Shown here piece after piece: positions 19,817 to 29,228 of a stretch of 64,000 nucleotides of DNA (positions within the stretch are counted from its first letter, which is position 1; the number at the start of each line of letters is the position of its first letter). The notes under the pieces were generated by a model. That model was not told where the DNA came from, searched no databases, and was given only the letters and a program-made list of their open reading frames with translations. Source of the stretch: Candidatus Binatia bacterium (lineage in GTDB: Bacteria > Desulfobacterota > Binatia > HRBIN30); the NCBI GenBank assembly GCA_038245295.1, contig JBBRSP010000013.1:1-64000 (forward strand), in the 5' to 3' direction. Both the position numbers and the translations under genes were made by a program.

Positions 19817-20170
19817 TCAACCCTGGTTGATCGTGAACTTGGGGACGACGACGGTGTACTCGCCATCCTTCTCGATGACCGCTTGGCAACCCAGGCGCGA
19901 CGTCATCGTCAGCCCAGGTGCTTTATCGAGCAGATCCAGCTCATTCTCTTCGGCTTCGGAGAGCTGTTCGAATCCCTGCTTCACGATGACGTGGCACGTC
20001 GTGCAGGCGCAGCTGCCGCCGCAGGCGTGTTCGAGATGGATACCGTTGCCGAGCAACACATCGAGGAACGACCCCGGCTTACCATCATGTTGAAGGGGTA
20101 CTTTGGCGCGGTCGAACTCGATCACACGTTCCGGCGAACCGTTCTCAAAAAGCACGCGTAACTTCACCAT
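19817..20170 (-). CDS. fdx: Adrenodoxin/ISC-type [2Fe-2S] ferredoxin
   Basis: EHACGGSCACTTCHV...SRLGCQA...PKFTIN, the ISC Fdx pattern. Confidence 0.9.
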   Translation of the reverse strand: MVKLRVLFENGSPERVIEFDRAKVPLQHDGKPGSFLDVLLGNGIHLEHACGGSCACTTCHVIVKQGFEQLSEAEENELDLLDKAPGLTMTSRLGCQAVIEKDGEYTVVVPKFTINQG

Positions 20171-20196
20171 CGTTCACTCTTGCATAGCAACGCTTG

Positions 20197-21312
20197 TTAC
20201 CACCACAAGCCGCCATCGCTGTACTCCCAAAGGAAGAAGGCGAGAGCCCGCACGTCGAATGGATCGCTTTTGCCACCGACGGGGATCTGCGCCCCGACAC
20301 CGACGGCGATGTGGCCGCGCAGGCTGAGGCCGCGATAGATCTGCGGTGTCAAGAAGACATGCTCGGTCGAGGCCGTAACGTTCTGCTCGACCTCGAGCTC
20401 CAACGACGGAACCCAGGCGCGCTTCTCTTCGGAAAGAGGCACGCTGGCGGCAAGCCGGTAGCGGATGGCACGATCCGCCCGTCCTTCGTCGATAGGTGCG
20501 TCGCCGCGCAACTGGCCCTGCAGGACCAGTGGTCCGATGCGTGTGGCTGCCAGAAGCGATGGGCCGAGCGTAACCGTGCCGTCGCCGAGATGCCGGTCTT
20601 GATCGCCGGTCGGCAAAATGACGTCGAGAGCGGCGGCGACGATGACGCCGGGTTCCCGCGTTGCGAGGAGCACGTGTTTGTAGGCGATCGTCGCATCGCC
20701 GAAACCGGCCGTGGTCGCGCCTCCGGCCTGATCGTGCGCGCGCAACGGCGCCGACAGCTCCAATTGCCCGCGAGCCCCGACACGCCGCTCGAAGGAAAAC
20801 TCAACTCCCCAGTCTTTGGCGCCATTACGTCCCTTCTCGAACTCAGGCTTGATGAGGAACTCGTCTTCGGGAAACGCCTTGGTGGTGATCAAAGCGCGGC
20901 GGAAGTTGAGGTTGCCGTGCGGCCAAATGGGGTCGGTGCAGAACGCACGGATGTAATTGAGCACGGCGACCATCTCGTCGCGGCTCAATACGCCGGAGAA
21001 CGAGGGCATCTGCGGCGAAAGACCCAAGCCGGGGCCACCGTGCTCGATGAGATACAACCAGTTCCCGTCGTTCTCTGCCGTCACGATGCGGCAGTCGCTG
21101 AAGTCGGGAAGCGGGACACGAACGCCGCTGTCTGCGGCGCCGCGCCCGTCTAGGCCGTGACAACTGGCGCAAGCGCCGGCATAGATTTCAGCCCCGGTCA
21201 GTACGTCGGCCGCTGCCGATCGGCTTCGTCCGCAAACCAACACGGCGCCGAGCAGCGCTGCGACGACGTGTCGCAACAGGGTGGAGCGAGAACCTACGAA
21301 CAATTTCGTCAC
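20197..21312 (-). CDS. Monoheme cytochrome c fused to a putative outer-membrane beta-barrel
   Basis: Signal peptide, CASCH, distal MPSF, then about 230 aa of amphipathic strands ending FFLWEYSDGGLWW. GTGA overlap with the upstream gene. Confidence 0.75.
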   Translation of the reverse strand: MTKLFVGSRSTLLRHVVAALLGAVLVCGRSRSAAADVLTGAEIYAGACASCHGLDGRGAADSGVRVPLPDFSDCRIVTAENDGNWLYLIEHGGPGLGLSPQMPSFSGVLSRDEMVAVLNYIRAFCTDPIWPHGNLNFRRALITTKAFPEDEFLIKPEFEKGRNGAKDWGVEFSFERRVGARGQLELSAPLRAHDQAGGATTAGFGDATIAYKHVLLATREPGVIVAAALDVILPTGDQDRHLGDGTVTLGPSLLAATRIGPLVLQGQLRGDAPIDEGRADRAIRYRLAASVPLSEEKRAWVPSLELEVEQNVTASTEHVFLTPQIYRGLSLRGHIAVGVGAQIPVGGKSDPFDVRALAFFLWEYSDGGLWW

Positions 21313-21512
21313 GAGTCGCCGCCGCCTCGCGGCACGATGCGTCCGAGAGTGTCGAGGTAGGAACTGAAGCGCGTCGCCTTCCGACGCAGCACAACCGCGT
21401 TGTCCTCGATTGTTACCACCAACTCAGAGCCCTCCTTCAAGTCGAGTGCCTTGCAGATCTGAGCCGGCAGCGACAGCTCCCCCTTGTGTCCGAGTCGAAC
21501 GACGTCAGCCAT
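21309..21512 (-). CDS. AbrB/MazE/SpoVT family DNA-binding protein
   Basis: VVRLGHKGELSLPAQICKALDLKEGSELVVTIEDNAVVLR swapped-hairpin pattern. Confidence 0.85.
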   Translation of the reverse strand: MADVVRLGHKGELSLPAQICKALDLKEGSELVVTIEDNAVVLRRKATRFSSYLDTLGRIVPRGGGDS

Positions 21513-21559
21513 GGCGACACTCTCGTCGAATCACCCACATCTAGGCAAGGGGCGGGCTT

Positions 21560-21602
21560 TGAAGGCTGAAGATTGAAGAGTGAAGAGTGAAGAAGTGAAG
21601 AG
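21560..21602. repeat. Heptamer tandem repeat (TGAAGAG)n, 6 units
   Basis: TGAAGGC TGAAGAT TGAAGAG TGAAGAG TGAAGAAG TGAAGAG in the divergent promoter region. Confidence 0.85.
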
Positions 21603-21681
21603 TGGACCTGCCGAATGACGTTTGGGGTTGGATTTGAACCCGACAGCCCATTTTCATTGACACACACTAGAGGCCAACCTA

Positions 21682-24009
21682 ATGCCGGGGGCCATGCGTG
21701 CTGTGAACGGTAGAAGTGTAAGGCGGCACCCGCTGCTGCTCGTGGTCTCGTTGTTCTTGGCGCTCAACCTCGCCGGTTGCGGCGACGATGGCGAGTCTCC
21801 CAACGTTGCCACGGTGCCGGCGACGTTCACGGTGAGCCCTGGCGTCGAACATGTGCGCATTACCAACGCCGGCTCCCATGCCACTCTCGTGCTCTACGAT
21901 GAGGGCGACCACAAGTTGCTTGGCCTCATTACCGATCAGTTTGGTCAGGCCGTCTTCTCGTACATTCCTGACAAGTTCATCACGGTGCAGAGCGGCCCCG
22001 GCGCGACGATCAGTACGACCGACGGACGTAGCCTGAAGCGTGGCACCTACACGGTGCGCGATGAGAGTCAGGTGCCGCACGCGGTTTCGGCGCCGTTCCA
22101 TGTGCTGGGTCGCGATGACGTTGCCCCTGAATCCTTTTACGCGGGGCAGCAGCTGAACGCCGGCTTCGGCTACATCGAGATGCGCGACGGCGTGAAACTC
22201 AGCGCTACCCTGCGTCTGCCCCCGGGCGACGGTCCCTTCCCGACGGTCATCGAGTATTCCGGCTATGGTCCTTCCAATCCGGAAGCCATCGAACCCGGGT
22301 CGCAGATTGCCCAGGCCTTTGGCTACGCCACGGTCGGCGTCAACATGCGCGGCACTGGTTGCTCCGGCGGCGTCTTCGACGTCTTTAATCCGGCTCAGCA
22401 GGCGGATGGCTACGACGTCATCGAGGCTGTGGCGCATCAGCCGTGGGTCCTGAATCACAAGGTTGGCATGGTCGGTCTGTCGTATTCCGGTATCAGCCAA
22501 CTCTATACCGCCTCGACGCAACCCCCGAGCCTCGCCGCGATCACGTCGCTGTCGGTGATCGAGGACCCGTGGCGCCAACAGTGGCCGGGTGGCGTCTACA
22601 ATGCCGGATTCACCAAGCAATGGCTGGCGCAGCGCGACGCCGAGTCGGCTCCCGGGGGGCGCTCCTGGGTGCAGCGTCGCATCGAACAGGGTGATGTCAT
22701 CTGTGCTGAACACGAGGTGTTGCGCAACCAGAACGTCGACTTCGAACAGTTCGGGCGCGCGCTCGAGACCTACCCGAAGGACGAAGACGATCGTCGGCTC
22801 GGGTTACTCGTGCGCAAGATCAACGTGCCGGTTTTCCTGACCGGTGCGTGGCAAGACGAACAGACCGGGTCTCTCTTTGCGACCATGCTCAGCCACTTCG
22901 ACCAAGCGCCGGTCAAGCGCTTTACGGTTTTCAATGGACATCACCCGGACGGCTACGGTCCGAAGATCACCAACCGCTGGTTCGAGTTCCTCGAGTTCTA
23001 CGTAGCCAAGCGCATTCCGCACATGGATCCCCTGGCGCGCGCGCTGGTACAACCGGTGCTCGGTGCGGCGTTCGGCGTCGGGACCAAGGTGCCGTTCGAA
23101 GCCGACCGCTTCACGCAGTACACCGATTACGACCAGGCGCGGGCCGCCTACGAAGCGGAAGATCAGGTTCGTGTTCTTTTCGAAGTGGGCGATGGCGCGA
23201 AGCTCAAGGGGGCTGGGGTAGCGAAGTTTGAGAAAAGCTTCCCCACTTGGCCGCCCGCCGCGACGGCGCGCACCTGGTACTTGGATAGCAGCGGCCGTCT
23301 CGCGGATGCCATTTCCTCGACCGGCGGTGTCGATCGCTACCAACATGATCCAGGAGCCGGTCCGAAGATCTACACGACTGGCAGATCCGGCGACTTCCAG
23401 TCCCCGACCATCAGCTACGATTGGCCGCCGCTCCCCGACGGCCTCGGCTTGTCGTACCTGACCGATCCCCTGCCGGAGAATGTCGTCATTGCCGGCAACG
23501 GTGGCTACGCCGATCTTTGGTTCGCCAGCGAGGCTGCGGATGCGAACATCGAGGTGACGCTGACGGACGTACACCCCGACGGAACGGAGTTCATCGTCCA
23601 GTCGGGTGTCTTCCGCGCCGCACATCGCCAAATCGACACGGCGCTCTCACAGCCGTTCTTGATTCAGTATACGTTCAGCGCTGCCGGGTTCCACTTGTTG
23701 ACACCCGGACAGTTCCTCGAAGTGAAGGTTCCGTTCCGTCCCTTCTCGCACCCGTTCCGTGCCGGCTCGCGGGCGCGCTTGATCATCAGCACGCCAGGCC
23801 GTGACTCACCGCTATGGGCTTACGAGAACCCGAGCTACGACGGCAAGACGATCTCGCATCAGGTTGCCCACACGGCGGCGATGGCGTCGCGCATCGTATT
23901 CCCCGAGGTCGACGGTGTTGACGTCACAGGCGGCATGCCACCGTGTCCGTCGCTCCGCGGCCAGATCTGCCGGCCGTATGTGGCGCTGAACAACGAGTCG
24001 GCGAACTGA
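21682..24009 (+). CDS. CocE/NonD family hydrolase, lipoprotein
   Basis: Lipobox LAGC, EMRDGVKLS, NMRGTGCSGG, nucleophile motif GLSYSG, PepX-type C-terminal domain. Start uncertain. Confidence 0.9.
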   Translation: MPGAMRAVNGRSVRRHPLLLVVSLFLALNLAGCGDDGESPNVATVPATFTVSPGVEHVRITNAGSHATLVLYDEGDHKLLGLITDQFGQAVFSYIPDKFITVQSGPGATISTTDGRSLKRGTYTVRDESQVPHAVSAPFHVLGRDDVAPESFYAGQQLNAGFGYIEMRDGVKLSATLRLPPGDGPFPTVIEYSGYGPSNPEAIEPGSQIAQAFGYATVGVNMRGTGCSGGVFDVFNPAQQADGYDVIEAVAHQPWVLNHKVGMVGLSYSGISQLYTASTQPPSLAAITSLSVIEDPWRQQWPGGVYNAGFTKQWLAQRDAESAPGGRSWVQRRIEQGDVICAEHEVLRNQNVDFEQFGRALETYPKDEDDRRLGLLVRKINVPVFLTGAWQDEQTGSLFATMLSHFDQAPVKRFTVFNGHHPDGYGPKITNRWFEFLEFYVAKRIPHMDPLARALVQPVLGAAFGVGTKVPFEADRFTQYTDYDQARAAYEAEDQVRVLFEVGDGAKLKGAGVAKFEKSFPTWPPAATARTWYLDSSGRLADAISSTGGVDRYQHDPGAGPKIYTTGRSGDFQSPTISYDWPPLPDGLGLSYLTDPLPENVVIAGNGGYADLWFASEAADANIEVTLTDVHPDGTEFIVQSGVFRAAHRQIDTALSQPFLIQYTFSAAGFHLLTPGQFLEVKVPFRPFSHPFRAGSRARLIISTPGRDSPLWAYENPSYDGKTISHQVAHTAAMASRIVFPEVDGVDVTGGMPPCPSLRGQICRPYVALNNESAN

Positions 24010-24080
24010 ATCTGTTCGCTGCATCTACGCAGACGACGGGGGGGCTCGCGCAGTCTCTGGGCGATGAGAAGCCAGCCTCC

Positions 24081-24216
24081 CCCCTCTCCCGCATCGGGCG
24101 GTGGCGGGAGAGGGTCGGGGTGAGGGTTTGCTCTGTTCCTGAATCCGCAGACTGACCCTCACCCTAACCCTCTCCCAGCAGTTGCCGAGCCATAGGAGCT
24201 GGGAGAAGGGATGCTG
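24081..24216. repeat. CCCTCTCCC / CCCTCACCCTAACCCTCTCCC palindromic element, copy 1
   Basis: Same arm sequences as 47398-47540. Lies between convergent genes. Confidence 0.9.
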
Positions 24217-24233
24217 GGACTCCCGATGTCATT

Positions 24234-25469
24234 TCATTCCGGCAGGAACAGATACACCTCGCCGGCATTGCGCATCATGCCGGCGATATCCTCCGCCGTG
24301 CTGCCGCTGCCCCAATAGACATCCAGACGTTCGGCGCCGCTGATCGCGGTGCCGGCGTCCTGGACGAGTACCAGCCGATTGATGTTGCGATCGACGGGTG
24401 CGACGCCAGGCCGCGGATCGATGTGGAGAAATGCCAATCCGCCCTGCGGGTAAACCGTCGGGTCGGCGGCGATCGAGCGGCCGCTGGTCAGCGGCTCGGT
24501 CAGGCTGCCGATCGGTCCTGTGATGACGGCACGGAAGAAGATGTAGCGCTGGTTGCTCGCCATCAAGCTCGCCTGCTCGGATGGGTGGGCCCTAAGGTAT
24601 TCCTTCAGCGACGAGAGCGACACGGCGTCGCGCGACATCTTGCCCTGATCGACCAACACCTTGCCCAACGACGTGTACGGCCGGCCATTGGAGCTGCTGT
24701 AGCTTGCCTGCATCGTGACGCCGTCCTCGAACCGCAACACGCCGGAGCCTTGCACCTGCAGGAAGAACGCCTCGATTGGATCGTCGAGCCAGGCCAACTC
24801 CAGATCGCGGCCATTCAATACGCCTCCGTCAATGTCGGCGCGTGTGTAGTACGGCACTAGCTTGCCGTCTTGCACGCGGCCCTGCGTGATCTTGCCGGCG
24901 CAGCTCGGGCAGAAGTCGCCGAGGTCGATATCGACGATGTCGGACGGAATGCGATACAGCGGATAACGGAAACGGTCGCTGCGCTTGCGGCTCGCCGACA
25001 ACTGCGGCTGGTAGTAGCCGGTGACCAGCAGCGGCTTGCCGGCGTCGACACGATACAGCTTGAAGCGATCACACATGCCGGCCATGTCGCCGCTCGCCAT
25101 GCCCTGTGCCGCGGTGAGCATGGTGTTCAGATCGGCCACCGCGACCTTGCGATCAACGGCGTTCAGGGAACGGCCGGCCGGCTGTTTCGAGAGGTAATCG
25201 AGACTACGCGCCAAGGCTTGTTGCAGCGACTCACTCGCCGCGTCGTCGCGCACGATGCGTTTGCACTCCGCCGCATCGACGGAGATGAGTCGCGGCTCAC
25301 CGGCGGCGACGCTGCTGACCGTTGGTGCTGCTGTTGGGAGGCTTGCTGTGGCCGAGCGGCGCGGTTGCTCCGCCGCACAACCGCCCAGAAACACGGCCAC
25401 GATCGCGACGCGAACGGTTGGCCGTAGCCTAAGACAAACCTTGAAACCACGGATTACACGGATGAACAC
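24234..25469 (-). CDS. mltA: Membrane-bound lytic murein transglycosylase A (lipoprotein)
   Basis: Lipobox LGGC, VTGYYQP, FFLQVQGSG, NGRPYTSLG, NQRYIFF, QDAGTAI, RLDVYWG. Start uncertain (GTG 25469 or ATG 25805). Confidence 0.9.
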   Translation of the reverse strand: MFIRVIRGFKVCLRLRPTVRVAIVAVFLGGCAAEQPRRSATASLPTAAPTVSSVAAGEPRLISVDAAECKRIVRDDAASESLQQALARSLDYLSKQPAGRSLNAVDRKVAVADLNTMLTAAQGMASGDMAGMCDRFKLYRVDAGKPLLVTGYYQPQLSASRKRSDRFRYPLYRIPSDIVDIDLGDFCPSCAGKITQGRVQDGKLVPYYTRADIDGGVLNGRDLELAWLDDPIEAFFLQVQGSGVLRFEDGVTMQASYSSSNGRPYTSLGKVLVDQGKMSRDAVSLSSLKEYLRAHPSEQASLMASNQRYIFFRAVITGPIGSLTEPLTSGRSIAADPTVYPQGGLAFLHIDPRPGVAPVDRNINRLVLVQDAGTAISGAERLDVYWGSGSTAEDIAGMMRNAGEVYLFLPE

Positions 25470-25740
25470 AGCCCGGCCGTTGGCCAGAACCAACTCAGGC
25501 CAACCAGCCCTACCTCCGTCATTCCGGCGAAAGCCGGAATCTCCCAAGCATTCCGCAGTTTCCAATCGTGGAGATCCCGGCTTTCGCCGGGATGACGTCT
25601 CAGGGTGACAAAATACGCCACCGAGAAAATCTTCGCGCACCGACAAGATTTGCAACGTTTGCAACACGGATGGTTGTGATGTCATCGATCTAAGAACCCG
25701 AGCATCGGCGCCCATCGGTGCCATCCGTGGTTTCAAGGTT
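25437..25740. repeat. Composite element bounded by 18-bp perfect inverted repeats, with an internal CGTC-type REP doublet
   Basis: AACCTTGAAACCACGGAT (25437-25454) / ATCCGTGGTTTCAAGGTT (25723-25740). Internal CGTCATTCCGGCGAAAGCCGGAATCTC (25517-25543) has an inverted partner at 25571-25597. Confidence 0.85.
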
Positions 25741-25801
25741 CTTGCAAGACCGACGATGGATAGTCTCGTCCGACGAGCAGCTGCGATTGTTGCTTTGGTG
25801 A

Positions 25802-26980
25802 TCATTTCCCCAATACCCGTTGCGCCGCGGCGACGCCGGCTCCCGTTTCAAGCGTACGTCCAAAACGCGGCAGCACACGTTCGAGCGCGCTCAGCACCAG
25901 GAAGACGTTGGCAACACTGCTCGATTCGCCCATCAAGCCGATGCGCCAGGTCTTGCCCTTGAGCGGTCCGAGTCCGCCGCCGATCTCGATGCTGAACTCT
26001 TCGAGCAGGGCGCGGCGCACCGCAACGTCGTCCACCCCGTCGGGAATGCGAACGCTATTGAGTGTCCACAGTTGATGCCCCTCTTGTGACGCCAGCGGCA
26101 AGCCAATCGCTGCGAGTCCCGCCTTCAGGGCGTGATAGTGGCGTTCGTGGCGTTGCCAGCGCGGCTCTAGTCCTTCCTCTTCGACCAGCCGCAGCGCCTC
26201 GTTGATGGCGTAGTTCATCGTGATCGGCGCGGTGTGGTGGTAGACGCGGTCCGAACCCCAGTATTGCGCGATTATGGTGAGGTCGAGATACCAGCTCTGC
26301 ACCTTGGTCTTGCGTTGCTTGAGTGCCTCCATCGCGCGTGGTCCGAACGTCACTGGGGAGAGCCCGGGCGGACAGCTCAGGCATTTCTGCGTGCCGCTGT
26401 AGAGCGCATCGATACCCCAGTCATCGACGTACAGAGGATGACCGCCGAGGGAGGTGACAGCGTCTACTACGAACAACGCGCCGGCCTCGTGAACGATCTT
26501 GGAAATCTCCTCGAGTGGCTGCAGCACGCCGGTCGACGTCTCGGCGTGGACGATGGCGACGAGCTTCGGGCGCTTCACCGTTGCTAATACGCGTCGCAGA
26601 TCAGCCGCGTCGACGATGCGCCCCCAAGGCGCTTCCACCTTGTGCAGCACGGCGCCGCAGCGTTCGACGATGTCGGCCATTCGCGTGCCGAAGACACCGT
26701 TGATGCAAATGACCGCTTCGTCACCCGGCTCAAGTAGATTCACCAGGCACGCCTCCATGCCGGCGCTACCAGTGCCCGAGATGGCGATGGTCAGGTCGTT
26801 CTTGGTTTGCAGGACGTACTGCAGCAACCGCTTCGTATCATCCATGATGCGGATGAACGCCGGATCGAGATGACCGATCAGCGGCATACTCATGGCGCGC
26901 AACACACGCGGGCTCACCATGCTCGGCCCGGGGCCGAGAAGGACACGCTCAGGCGGAGGCAACGGGCTCGTCGTTGGCAT
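25802..26980 (-). CDS. Alanine/serine-glyoxylate aminotransferase (class V PLP)
   Basis: [51 protein letters not shown]. Confidence 0.95.
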   Translation of the reverse strand: MPTTSPLPPPERVLLGPGPSMVSPRVLRAMSMPLIGHLDPAFIRIMDDTKRLLQYVLQTKNDLTIAISGTGSAGMEACLVNLLEPGDEAVICINGVFGTRMADIVERCGAVLHKVEAPWGRIVDAADLRRVLATVKRPKLVAIVHAETSTGVLQPLEEISKIVHEAGALFVVDAVTSLGGHPLYVDDWGIDALYSGTQKCLSCPPGLSPVTFGPRAMEALKQRKTKVQSWYLDLTIIAQYWGSDRVYHHTAPITMNYAINEALRLVEEEGLEPRWQRHERHYHALKAGLAAIGLPLASQEGHQLWTLNSVRIPDGVDDVAVRRALLEEFSIEIGGGLGPLKGKTWRIGLMGESSSVANVFLVLSALERVLPRFGRTLETGAGVAAAQRVLGK

Positions 26981-27044
26981 AGGTCGGGCGTATAGGCGAG
27001 GCGGCGCGGGTCGTCTAGACGGGCTCCAAAGAGCCCAGGGGGAG

Positions 27045-27070
27045 TCTGTGTCTCTGTGCCTCTGCGGTGA
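27045..27070. repeat. 8-nt-period TCTG(T/C)G repeat
   Basis: TCTGTGTCTCTGTGCCTCTGCGGTGA. A related copy TCTGCGCTTCTGCGTCTCCGCGGTTA is at 54541-54566. Confidence 0.6.
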
Positions 27071-27080
27071 GAAATTCCGT

Positions 27081-27629
27081 CTAACCCCGCAGCCGCTTGG
27101 CGGCGGCTTCGAGCGTGCGGACCCGCGTCAGCGTGGCTTCCTTGGGGTCACGCTCCCGCCCCTTCGCCTCGCGACACTGCCGTTTTTCGCGGCGTGCGCT
27201 CGCTACCTCCTCTTCTGGGGTCGCCAGCAGTGCGTCGCCGTGAGTATCGGTGGCGACACGCAGGCGGGTCAAAATGTAGCGCTCCAGCACGTCGATGTAG
27301 CCGTCTTGCCAGTCCCGTAACACGATTTCGAGGGCAAACGATGGCACGACGTGTTCGATCCAGATCTTCCAGGTGTGAACCCGGTGGTGTGGATCGATGC
27401 CCGGGAGGACGTAGATGTCAGGCGCCACACGCGCGTGCGCATCGTGCTGGCGGTAGTAGATGAACTGGTCGGCACCCACTAGAGCGCGGACCCGTCGGCT
27501 GGTGAGCCAGCGTTGCAGGAGGGGACGCAGAACCTCGATGATCCAGCGCTGCAAGATATCCTCGCCCACGCGCTCCTCCTCAGGATAGATCGTCGGATCG
27601 GAAGCCTTCCGTCCCGCGGCGCCCTTCAT
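27081..27629 (-). pseudogene. Uma2 (DUF820) family endonuclease, apparently internally deleted
   Basis: GADQFIYY...VAPDIYV...PSFALEIV present, but the usual (G)V-x-E-xxx-(F)DP segment after ERY is missing and the sequence jumps to the C-terminal tail. Confidence 0.6.
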
Positions 27630-27783
27630 GTCTGTCACCCTACCGTCAGCGAAAACTCCTGGCAACGACGGCGACGCATCGCTGCAACGCAGCCAAGGTG
27701 AAGTGCCAACCACCTTGCCCGTGCCCCTGCCTTTGCCCGTGCCGGGCAAAGGCGGACCTCGCGTGTGCCGCGTCGGCTTTGAT

Positions 27784-29226
27784 ATGACTGCCAACGTGCA
27801 CGATCGACGCGCCTTGATTGCCGGCCTGCAACGAGTTGCCGGCGCCTCTTCGGTCATTACCCAGCCGAACGAGCTGCGTGTCTACGAGTGCGACGGGTTT
27901 ACTCTCGAGAAGAATGCTCCTGACATCGTCGTTCTGCCAAGCACGGTTGCCGAGCTGGCCGCGGTCGTGCGTTTCCTCGCCACAATTGAGATGGCCTTCG
28001 TGCCGCGCGGTGCCGGCACCGGCTTGAGCGGCGGTTGTCTGCCGGTCGATGCGCCGGTGATGATTGGCACGAGCCGGCTCAAGCGAATCCTCGCCCTCGA
28101 TATCGCCAATGGTCGTGCCGTCGTCGAGGCTGGTGTCGTCAATCTCTCTGTGACCAATGCCGTCAAGACGAATGGGCTGTGTTACGCGCCTGATCCGTCG
28201 AGCCAGATGGCTTGCACCATCGGCGGGAACATCGCTGAGAATTCCGGTGGGCCGCATACGCTAAAATATGGCGTCACGGTGAATCACGTCCTCGGCGTCG
28301 AGCTGGTCTTGCCGAGTGGCGAGAGCGTCGCGCTCGGCGGCTCGGTGGAAGATGTTCCGGGCTACGACCTCACCGGGCTCGTCGTCGGATCAGAAGGAAC
28401 GTTCGGTATCGTTACGAGCGCCACTCTACGACTCCTGCCGCAGGCCGAGGCGGTGCAGACGGTGCTCGCGGTGTTCGAGTCGGTTGCCAGTGCGACGGAA
28501 GCGGTGTCGGGGATCATTGCTGCTGGTATCATCCCAGCGGCACTCGAGATGATGGATCAAACTATCATCGAGGCAGTCGAAGCCGCTTTTCACGTTGGTT
28601 TCCCCACCGATGCCGGCGCCGTTCTGCTGATCGAAGTCGATGGTCTGGCCGCCGGTCTGGCGCCGCAGGTCGAGGAGATCGATGCCATCTGCGTGCGCCA
28701 CGGCGCACGTTCGGTGCGTGTGGCGCAGGACGAGACGGAGAGGGCGGCGCTGTGGAAGAGCCGCAAGCGCGCCTTCGGTGCCGTTGGTCGTCTGGCCCCG
28801 AACTACTGCACCCAGGATGGGGTTGTTCCGCGCACCAAACTGCCGGAGATTCTGGCGCGCATTCTCGCCATCGCCTCGCGCTACAAGTTGCGTATCGGCA
28901 ACGTCTTCCACGCCGGCGACGGCAACATCCATCCGATCCTGTTGTACGACGAACGCAACGGCGATGAAGTCGAACGTGTCCTGCAGGCGGGCCGCGAAAT
29001 TCTCGAGGCCTGCATCGCGCTCGGCGGCAGTGTCACCGGCGAACACGGCATTGGCGTCGAGAAGATCGCCCAGATGGGGCAGCTGTTTGCCGCGGATGAT
29101 CTGGCGGTGATGGCCGAGTTACGGCGTGTCTTCGATCCGCAGCAGCGCTGCAACCCCGGCAAGATCTTTCCGACGCCCGGCGCCTGCGTCGAAACCACCC
29201 GGCCGCACCGGCAGGCGGCGATGTAG
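27784..29226 (+). CDS. glcD: Glycolate oxidase FAD-linked subunit GlcD
   Basis: YECDG, PRGAGTGLSGG, PDPSS, ENSGGPH, HAGDGNIHP, GEHGIG, NPGK. ATG 27784. Confidence 0.93.
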   Translation: MTANVHDRRALIAGLQRVAGASSVITQPNELRVYECDGFTLEKNAPDIVVLPSTVAELAAVVRFLATIEMAFVPRGAGTGLSGGCLPVDAPVMIGTSRLKRILALDIANGRAVVEAGVVNLSVTNAVKTNGLCYAPDPSSQMACTIGGNIAENSGGPHTLKYGVTVNHVLGVELVLPSGESVALGGSVEDVPGYDLTGLVVGSEGTFGIVTSATLRLLPQAEAVQTVLAVFESVASATEAVSGIIAAGIIPAALEMMDQTIIEAVEAAFHVGFPTDAGAVLLIEVDGLAAGLAPQVEEIDAICVRHGARSVRVAQDETERAALWKSRKRAFGAVGRLAPNYCTQDGVVPRTKLPEILARILAIASRYKLRIGNVFHAGDGNIHPILLYDERNGDEVERVLQAGREILEACIALGGSVTGEHGIGVEKIAQMGQLFAADDLAVMAELRRVFDPQQRCNPGKIFPTPGACVETTRPHRQAAM

Positions 29227-29228
29227 GC

